From: Armatimonadota bacterium
GTDB taxonomy: Bacteria > Sysuimicrobiota > Sysuimicrobiia > Sysuimicrobiales > Humicultoraceae
Assembly (NCBI GenBank): GCA_052386995.1
Contig: JBQTJP010000111.1
Location: 1-25,600 of the forward strand
Length of the DNA: 25,600 nt
Direction of reading: 5' to 3'
Shown: positions 19,146 to 25,600 of the stretch, in pieces
Position numbering within the stretch: the first letter of the stretch is position 1
How the letters are laid out: each line of letters opens with the position of its first letter
Position numbers and translations under genes: made by a program
The notes under the pieces: generated by a model
Seen by the model: the letters and a program-made list of their open reading frames with translations, nothing else
Database searches by the model: none
What the model was told of the DNA's origin: nothing

Positions 19146-19221
19146 GGGCCCGTAGCTCAAGTGGTAGAGCAGCGCCCTCATAAGGCGCCGGTTCCTGGAT
19201 CGAAGCCAGGCGGGCCCACCA
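19146..19221 (+). tRNA. tRNA with CAT anticodon, most likely tRNA-Ile2 (lysidine type)
   Basis: Full cloverleaf: acceptor GGGCCCG/CGGGCCC-A-CCA, D stem GCTC/GAGC, anticodon stem GCGCC-CTCATAA-GGCGC, T stem CCTGG/CCAGG. G1:C72 pairing and no GGG/CCC anticodon stem exclude the initiator; C4:G69 and C5:G68 favour Ile2 over elongator Met. Confidence 0.93.
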
Positions 19222-19293
19222 AGGGCACGCCTGGCACCCCCTCGGGTCGGATTTGGACGCGGGCGGGAACGAACGCGGAGGTGATCGCGGAGC

Positions 19294-19566
19294 ATGGAAG
19301 AGCATGAACGCACAGGAGTATTCCGCGTTGGCGATCGCGCTGCCTCTGGCGTGCGCGACATCCTGATGACCGTGTACCGAGCGCTCGAGGAGCGGGGCTA
19401 CAACCCCGTGGACCAGATCGTCGGGTATCTCCTGTCGGGAGATCCCACGTACATTACCAGCCACGGCGACGCGCGTAAGATCATCCGGCAAGTCGACCGG
19501 CTCCTGCTGCTGGAAGAGCTGGTGCAGGCGTACGTCGAGACCCGGATGCGCGCCGCTACATCGTAG
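19294..19566 (+). CDS. ireB: IreB/ReoM-family (UPF0297) regulatory phosphoprotein
   Basis: [35 protein letters not shown]...R..LLEELV..Y family signature; SD GGAGGTGA; Thr at position 7. Confidence 0.95.
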   Translation: MEEHERTGVFRVGDRAASGVRDILMTVYRALEERGYNPVDQIVGYLLSGDPTYITSHGDARKIIRQVDRLLLLEELVQAYVETRMRAATS

Positions 19567-19599
19567 CAGCCGACACACTCGTTCGGCAGGAGGAACTCG

Positions 19600-20874
19600 G
19601 TGGAAAAGTTGCTCATTACGGGCGGCCGCCGGCTGCGCGGCGCGGTCAAGGTTGCCGGCGGCAAGAATAGCTCGCTCGCCGTCATCGCGTCCGCGTGTCT
19701 GGCAGCGGATGTCTCGACAGTCGACAACGTTCCGCAGTGCCGCGATGTCACGACCCTCGTCGACATCCTCGAGGCGCTCGGCGCGAAGATCGCCTTCGCC
19801 GGCGGGCGAATGACGATCGACGCGCGGAGTCTGGCGCGCCATGTCGCGCCGTACGACCTGTGCCGCAGCATGCGGGCGTCGTTCTATACTGCCGGCGTGC
19901 TCCTGGGGCGGATGGGCCAGGCGGAGGTGCCGCTGCCCGGCGGCTGCTCGATCGGGGCGCGGCCGGTGGACTTCCATCTCCGGGGATTTGCCGCGCTCGG
20001 GGCCAAAGTCACGACCGAACACGGGTATATGAAGGCCTCGGTACGCCGCCTCCGTGGGAACACGTTCTATGTTCCCCGGATCAGCGTGGGGACGACCATC
20101 AACCTCATGATGGCCGCCTCGATGGCCCGCGGCGTGACGACGCTGCAGAACGCCGCGCGCGAGCCCGAAGTCGTCGACACCGCGGTCTTTCTGAACCTCC
20201 TGGGCGCGAAGATCAAAGGCGCCGGCACCGACACCATCACGATCGAAGGCGCATCGGCGTTGCACGGCGCGTCCTATGCGATCATCCCTGATCGACTCGA
20301 AGCCGGGACATTTTTGATCGCGGGGGCGGCGACCGGGGGCGATGTGCTCGTCGAAGGGATGATCCCCGAGCACGTTACCGCGCTGCTCACGAAGCTCGAA
20401 GAGGCAGGAGTCGAGGTCGTTCGCGACACGGACGGTGTGCGCGTGCGGGCAGGCAGCGAGCTGAAGGCCGTCGATGTCGACACGGCGCCGTATCCCGGCT
20501 TCGCTACGGACCTGCACCCGCCGATGGTGGCCCTCCTCACAAGGGCGCGCGGAGTCTCGAAGATTCGCGAAACGGTCTTCGAGGCGCGCTTCGCGTACAC
20601 CGACGAGCTACGGCGCATGGGCGCGGACATCAAGGTAGAAGGTGACAGCGTGCACGTCACCGGCATCCCCAGACTCAGCGGAGCGCCGGTGGAGGCGCCG
20701 GACATTCGCGGCGGGGCCGCGATGGTCGTCGCGGCGCTGACCGCCGACGGCGAGACCGCGATCTCGCGGGTGCAGAACCTTGATCGCGGCTACGAGGCCC
20801 TCGAATCGAAGCTCACCTTGCTCGGCGCGCGGGCGGTGCGGGACGGCTCCGCTGAGGTCCGCCAGGTGGGATAG
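19600..20874 (+). CDS. murA: UDP-N-acetylglucosamine 1-carboxyvinyltransferase
   Basis: GGKNS, MRAS, LPGGCSIGARPVDFHL (active-site Cys present), NAAREPE, PYPGFATDL, DIRGGAA, LDRGYE. Confidence 0.97.
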   Translation: MEKLLITGGRRLRGAVKVAGGKNSSLAVIASACLAADVSTVDNVPQCRDVTTLVDILEALGAKIAFAGGRMTIDARSLARHVAPYDLCRSMRASFYTAGVLLGRMGQAEVPLPGGCSIGARPVDFHLRGFAALGAKVTTEHGYMKASVRRLRGNTFYVPRISVGTTINLMMAASMARGVTTLQNAAREPEVVDTAVFLNLLGAKIKGAGTDTITIEGASALHGASYAIIPDRLEAGTFLIAGAATGGDVLVEGMIPEHVTALLTKLEEAGVEVVRDTDGVRVRAGSELKAVDVDTAPYPGFATDLHPPMVALLTRARGVSKIRETVFEARFAYTDELRRMGADIKVEGDSVHVTGIPRLSGAPVEAPDIRGGAAMVVAALTADGETAISRVQNLDRGYEALESKLTLLGARAVRDGSAEVRQVG

Positions 20875-20938
20875 GTCCGAACCGGCCGGCCCGACTGTCT
20901 TGCCACCAGGCTGGGCATACCCCCCGGGGAACTCGTAG

Positions 20939-22969
20939 ATGAGGTCGAAGGCGCAGGCCGCCAGCCCCCTCCTGCGACGCATCAGTGTCGCGTTGAAGAC
21001 TTATGGGCTCTACCCCCCGCCGAGTCCGGTTGCCGACCGAGCCGTCGCAGAGTTGCTCGATGGACTGCACCGCTGCATTGAGGCGTACGGGCCCATTGAC
21101 GTGCGTGTGTCCAAACACTCACTCCAGGTTGACGCCGCCACGTTCATGGACATCGCCGCCGCGAACCTGGCCTATCACTTGTATACGCGCAAGGTCATCG
21201 GCCTCACGATTGCCGTCGGTGTCACCGCCCGGGATCTGAGCATCTTTCTGACTACCGTGAGAAAGGACCGGGCAAGCCTCGAGGCAGAAGGCGGCGTGGC
21301 CCACCTTCTGCGGCAGGCAGGGATTCATACGATTAGGATCGCTGAGATCGCCATCGCGCTTGCCCAGACCCCGCAGGATCCAAGTTGGGAGGCGCTTCAG
21401 GACCTCTTGGCTCACGGGAGATTCTCGCTTGAGCATCGCGAGATCGTCGCCGAAACGCTGCATGGCGGGCCCAAGGCCATCGCCGCGATGTTTGAGCACG
21501 TGCATGCCATCCTAGGGGACGCGGCCGGACGTGCCACGACTGAAAGCCAAAGCGAGAATGTTTACCGTCTCATCAAGGGTCTTGATCGGTTCGTTTTAAA
21601 CGAACCCGTCGAGGATCATCAGCAACTCTACACCGACATCGCCGCGGCCGTGCTTCTGCTCGAGGAGCCCGTGCGGACCCCGCTGGAGCAGACGCTTGCC
21701 GCTCAAGCCAGCGGGGATGAGACGGCCCGGCTCCTGCTGAGTCGCCTGTCCGAACAGCGCCTCGCCGGCATCGTCCCCCTGAGCTCACTGCAAAACGATG
21801 CGCCCAGAGAAGCGAGCCCTCGGGGCGAGCCGGACGAAGACGAGCGAAGGGAGTTCCTCGACCCGGAGCTGCAGCTGTTGATGCGGCAGCAGGCGACGAG
21901 GGAAGCCTCGCAAGCGCCGGCATTCGCCGCGCTGGACGCCGTCGCCGGCCGGCCGACGGAGCTTGCCTTCAAAGAGTCTGCAGCCATGAACGATGACCTG
22001 GTCACGTGTGAGGCCATCGCGACTCTGGTCGATGTCTATCGCAGCCTGGACGACGAATCGGACATCGCGGACATCGCCCACGCTCTCGCAGAATCCCTTC
22101 CGTGGCTTGTCCAGCATCGGGAGTTTCGACTCTTACGGGCAGCGCTGCAGGGGCTTGACGAGGCCGCCTCGAGAATGATCGCTCACCACCGGGCGCTGGC
22201 AGGGATCCTGAGCGGTCTCCACCAAGGCCGGCCGCTCGCCGATTTGCTGGAAGCGTTGTGGAACGCGCCGGATACGGAGACCGGAGATGATGTCCGGGTA
22301 TGCGTGGAACTGCTCGCCGACAAGGCCGTGAGCTCGTTCGTGCGAATCTTCGGCGACGAGCCCCGCGCCGGTGTGCGGAGACTGGTCTGTGATATCCTTG
22401 TATCTTCCGGCCGGGACCATGTCGATGAGATAGGGGCCTTTGTCGCCGATCCGCGGTGGTATGTGGTTCGGAACGTCGCCAACATCCTCGGTCGCCTGGG
22501 CGATCCGAAGGGCGTCGTCCACCTTGCCTTGCTCGCCGAATATCCCGAGTACAGGGTCCGTCGCGAGGCTGTAGAAGCCCTCGTGCGCATCGGGACCGAC
22601 CAGGCCGAGGCGCAGATTGTCACGTTTCTTGACGACCCCGACGAGCGGATCAGGCTGAAGGCCGTCCTATCGCTCAACGACACCGGGGTCCATCAGGCCT
22701 TGTCCCGGCTTCTCAGCCTCCTGGAGCGGCACGATCCATGGAACCGTCAATTCCTCACCAAACAGGCCATCGTGGCCGCCGTGGTCCGGGTCCGTGCACG
22801 AGATGCGCTCCCGGTGCTCGAGCGTCTGGCCCGACGCCGATTCGGCATCAGACCCTCGAGCCGAACCCTCCGCCGACAGGCGCGGGAGGCCCTGGTCACC
22901 ATCGCGGAGGGTGGGCCGGTTGGCGAACGGTCGCTGATCACTCTGACGATGGGGACGAACAGGCCGTGA
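20939..22969 (+). CDS. HEAT/PBS-lyase-repeat protein with an uncharacterised N-terminal 'LYP..xP' domain
   Basis: 676-aa ORF; C-terminal HEAT-like units DPRWYVVRNVANILGRLG, EYRVRREAVEALVRIG, LDDPDERIRLKAVLSL. Confidence 0.85.
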   Translation: MRSKAQAASPLLRRISVALKTYGLYPPPSPVADRAVAELLDGLHRCIEAYGPIDVRVSKHSLQVDAATFMDIAAANLAYHLYTRKVIGLTIAVGVTARDLSIFLTTVRKDRASLEAEGGVAHLLRQAGIHTIRIAEIAIALAQTPQDPSWEALQDLLAHGRFSLEHREIVAETLHGGPKAIAAMFEHVHAILGDAAGRATTESQSENVYRLIKGLDRFVLNEPVEDHQQLYTDIAAAVLLLEEPVRTPLEQTLAAQASGDETARLLLSRLSEQRLAGIVPLSSLQNDAPREASPRGEPDEDERREFLDPELQLLMRQQATREASQAPAFAALDAVAGRPTELAFKESAAMNDDLVTCEAIATLVDVYRSLDDESDIADIAHALAESLPWLVQHREFRLLRAALQGLDEAASRMIAHHRALAGILSGLHQGRPLADLLEALWNAPDTETGDDVRVCVELLADKAVSSFVRIFGDEPRAGVRRLVCDILVSSGRDHVDEIGAFVADPRWYVVRNVANILGRLGDPKGVVHLALLAEYPEYRVRREAVEALVRIGTDQAEAQIVTFLDDPDERIRLKAVLSLNDTGVHQALSRLLSLLERHDPWNRQFLTKQAIVAAVVRVRARDALPVLERLARRRFGIRPSSRTLRRQAREALVTIAEGGPVGERSLITLTMGTNRP

Positions 22970-24405
22970 GCGAGCCGCTCCCTTCGGAGGCCGCCGGGTC
23001 GGCCGCCGGGCCCTGGACTACCACGGGCGATGCACCTCTGCAGTCTCGCCTGCGGCCCGGGGCCGTGTTGCGGGGTCTGTCTCGGGTCTGGCGGACAGCG
23101 GCGCTGTACGGCAAAGACCATCCTGTGATCGAGCGACAGGTCAACGACCTGCTCCAGATCGTTGCGCATCTGCTCGCCGACCGCCCGTCGCTGACGATCT
23201 TTATTCACGAAGAGACATTCTTTGTGGGCCAGACGATGCTGCTGGAGGAGAGTATGCAGCTCTCCCCGCTGCTGAACGCGCTCAAGAAGCAGAACGTCCT
23301 GGCCCTGACGATTTCGATGGGCCTCGAGGCCCGAGAACTCTGGTGCATGGTCGCGCTGCTTGGCATGCCCGCGGACGAGGTCCTGCGGCGCGGCGGTGCG
23401 GCGGCATATTTGGCGCAGAACAGGGTGCACCACGTTGCCGTGGGCAGCGGGCGGCCGACGAACGTCTTGCCGAGTACGGCCTTCCAGGTGGATCCACGCG
23501 ACGCCTATCGGGCAGGCCTACACGTGATCGACGAATTGTACTCCCAGGCATCGAGGAATACCACGCTAGATCTCCACAAGGCGCGCATCGTCGTGAACTC
23601 CCTCGCCGACACGTTCACCAGGCACAGGACTGATCTCATGCGGGCTGCGATCATCAAGAACTACGATCAGAACACCTATCATCATTCGGTCAACCTGTGC
23701 ATCTTATCGCTCTTCATGGCCTCCAGGCTGCAGCTGGACCGAGACACGACGGCCGCCCTCGGACTCGCGGCGCTGCTGCACGATGTCGGCAAGGTCCGCA
23801 TTCCACGGGAGATCCTCAACAAAACCGGCGAGCTCACGGCCGATGAACGGATGATCATGCAGCGCCATACGGTGTACGGGGCCCAACTGCTCTGCCATCT
23901 CGCGGGGCATTCCAGACTGGCTATGATCGTGGCCTTCGAGCACCATGCCAACTATGATCTCTCCGGGTACCCGAGCATCAGCGCTAAGGAGCGCCCCCAC
24001 CTGCTGGCCCGCATCGTCCAGATTATTGACTCGTACGACGCCGCGACCACGTCCCGCCGGATATATCGCCGGCCCATGGCTCCGGACGAGGTCATGCGAT
24101 TCATCCTCAAGGGGGCGGGCTCGATCTATGACCCCGCGCTCGTCAAGGCCTTCGTGCACGAGCTGGGCGTGTATCCCGTGGGAACGCTCGTCGTTCTCGA
24201 CGACGGAGCGTTGGCCGTGGTCCGCCGGCCCGGCGAACGCGATGCGGCGCGCCCCGTGGTTGGTATCACTGATCCGCGGGTGAACTCACCTGTGATCCTC
24301 CACGAGCTGAACCTGGAGGACCATCAGGAGCGCCGCATCTTGCGGTCGGTCGACCGCACCGACCTGGGAATAGACGAGACCACCTATATGTCCCTGGTGA
24401 GCTAG
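22966..24405 (+). CDS. HD-GYP domain protein (putative cyclic-dinucleotide phosphodiesterase)
   Basis: TYHHSVN, ALLHDVGK..IP.EILNK.G.LT..E...M..H...G, EHHANYDLSGYP, D.YDA.T..R.YR, GVYPVGTLV; GTG 22966 overlaps the upstream stop (GTGA). Confidence 0.9.
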   Translation: MSEPLPSEAAGSAAGPWTTTGDAPLQSRLRPGAVLRGLSRVWRTAALYGKDHPVIERQVNDLLQIVAHLLADRPSLTIFIHEETFFVGQTMLLEESMQLSPLLNALKKQNVLALTISMGLEARELWCMVALLGMPADEVLRRGGAAAYLAQNRVHHVAVGSGRPTNVLPSTAFQVDPRDAYRAGLHVIDELYSQASRNTTLDLHKARIVVNSLADTFTRHRTDLMRAAIIKNYDQNTYHHSVNLCILSLFMASRLQLDRDTTAALGLAALLHDVGKVRIPREILNKTGELTADERMIMQRHTVYGAQLLCHLAGHSRLAMIVAFEHHANYDLSGYPSISAKERPHLLARIVQIIDSYDAATTSRRIYRRPMAPDEVMRFILKGAGSIYDPALVKAFVHELGVYPVGTLVVLDDGALAVVRRPGERDAARPVVGITDPRVNSPVILHELNLEDHQERRILRSVDRTDLGIDETTYMSLVS

Positions 24406-24412
24406 GCGGACC

Positions 24413-24788
24413 ATGAGCATGACCTCACGCCTGCTCCGACACAACGCCTGGGCAACCCGTGTGCTCCTGGAACGCTGCCGGTCCCTGACACCACAGCAGG
24501 TCCAGCAGCGATTCGACATCGGCCCGGAGTCGCTGCACGACACGCTGCGGCACATTATTGGCGCGATGCTGCGGTGGTCGGACCGCATCGCCGATCGGCC
24601 GGTGCGTGAATCCGAGATGATGCGGGCGGAATTCCTGCCCGAGCACTTCACGCGCGGCACCGCGTTGGTGCATGTGCTCACGCACGGCATGCACCACCGC
24701 GCTACAGGCCCTCAACATGCTCAGACGCCTGGGGGGGACGGATCTCCCCGACCTCGACGCCATCGGATGGGAGCTTCGTACGAACTAG
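24413..24788 (+). pseudogene. DinB/DUF664-superfamily gene with +1 frameshift and probable internal deletion
   Basis: HNAWAT, SLHDTLRHI, HVLTHGMHHRA; one extra base near 24704 separates it from the family-typical continuation QALNMLRRLG...PDLD..GW..*, which stops at 24786-24788. Confidence 0.75.
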
Positions 24789-25096
24789 CGGACCCGGCCC
24801 CGCGACGGTCCACCCATCGTTTCGCATCCGGCCGACCGGGGTGAATCCCGAAAATTGGAGGAATCAAACTTTGGTATGGGTTCACACAAACACGCTGACT
24901 CCTCTTAGCCTAAGAGAAGGTCGCGCCAAATCCCTGATCCCGTCATGAGTTTGACACAGGTACGACTGTGCTTACGAGTAGGAAAGGGAAGGGAGGACTG
25001 CCTGCGGCTCTCCCTGTGGGGCTCCGGCAGTGGCTTGGGGAAAGGGGGGTAGGCGTCGACTGTGAATCAATTCAGGAAAAAGGTGAAGGCGAAAGG

Positions 25097-25348
25097 GTGA
25101 GACAAGGAGTGCGACGACTTCACATCGGATTGGATTCCGTCAGATCACTTAAGGTAGACGAGGAAATAGTCGTATTCTTCGCGCCACCGATTGCGGCGAC
25201 GCCAGGTGGAGCCAGTGCGGGGCAGGCGTTCTTCCCGCAGTGGCGCGTCAAGGTGAAGCGGGCCGACGATGATGCGCTCGTCGTGGAACTTAACGGGAAG
25301 ATCATCGGTCTCTCCTGGGACCATATCGCTGGAATCCAGTTCGTGTAG
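25097..25348 (+). CDS. Small hypothetical protein, possibly Sm/LSm (Hfq-like) fold
   Basis: Protein-like C-terminal half EIVVFF...RVKVKRADDDALVVELNGKIIGLSWDHIAGIQFV; purine-rich SD-like sequence before GTG 25097/25109. The upstream part of the 24968 ORF looks non-coding. Confidence 0.6.
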   Translation: MRQGVRRLHIGLDSVRSLKVDEEIVVFFAPPIAATPGGASAGQAFFPQWRVKVKRADDDALVVELNGKIIGLSWDHIAGIQFV

Positions 25349-25433
25349 ACGAGGCCGAATTACATCCCCGCGTGTAGGCTGAAAATTTCAGCGCAGGCCT
25401 AAGCTAGAACTCAATCAGGGCGCGGCTCTCAGG

Positions 25434-25471
25434 TGGTGGGCGAGGAGGGTCTTGAACCCCCGACCTCCTCC
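25434..25471 (-). mobile_element. 3' fragment of a tRNA (probably Val), likely attachment site of an integrated element
   Basis: Reverse complement GGAGG-AGGTC-GGGGG-TTCAAGA-CCCTC-CTCGCCC-ACCA = anticodon 3' stem, variable loop, T arm, acceptor 3' strand and CCA. The 5' half and anticodon loop are absent. Confidence 0.8.
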
Positions 25472-25539
25472 GACGCGCAGAAAAGGTCGGACGCTCGGCA
25501 TCGTTGCTCTCCTATCTTCAGAAGAGGACTCTAAGGGCC

Positions 25540-25560
25540 AAGGGCTGAAAGGCCCTTTAT
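25540..25560 (+). terminator. GNRA-capped hairpin, possible intrinsic terminator
   Basis: AAGGGCT-GAAA-GGCCCTT followed by TAT; the U-tract is short. Confidence 0.35.
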
Positions 25561-25600
25561 GGTGCCTATGCTCCGCTCGGCCGACGCTAGAGTGAGCGCC

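Noticed and set aside
19146..19221. Initiator tRNA-fMet
   Set aside because: Has a G1:C72 pair and lacks the three consecutive G:C pairs in the anticodon stem.
24705..24844. C-terminus of the 143-aa ORF 24413-24844 as a real protein tail
   Set aside because: Out-of-frame read-through after the frameshift; the DinB-like C-terminus is in the +1 frame.
25434..25510. Complete tRNA on the minus strand
   Set aside because: No anticodon loop, D arm or 5' acceptor strand can be formed; only the 3' half is present.

Overview
High-GC bacterial chromosome segment, essentially all on the + strand. Gene content (ECF module, ireB, KOW gene, Zn-type S14/S4/L24/L36) suggests a Terrabacteria-type organism; this is inference only. 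Bases 1-19.1 kb hold the 3' end of tuf, then the S10-spc-alpha ribosomal superoperon (rpsJ to rplQ with secY, adk, map, a KOW/L14e-like gene, infA, rpmJ, rpoA), ecfA1-ecfA2-ecfT and truA. rpmD (L30) is missing between rpsE and rplO, and rplM-rpsI do not follow truA. An extended -10 promoter then precedes a CAU tRNA (probably Ile2, with a non-canonical T-loop), an IreB/ReoM-family regulator and murA. From about 20.9 kb the region looks accessory: a HEAT-repeat protein coupled to an HD-GYP protein, a broken DinB-family gene, a small possibly Sm/Hfq-like ORF and a tRNA 3' fragment resembling an integrative-element attachment site. The strongest leads are the HEAT/HD-GYP pair sharing an apparently paralogous ~125-aa N-terminal domain, the direct ireB-murA linkage, and a 153-bp repeat-containing structured spacer between rpsS and rplV. 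All calls come from reading the sequence; no searches were run.
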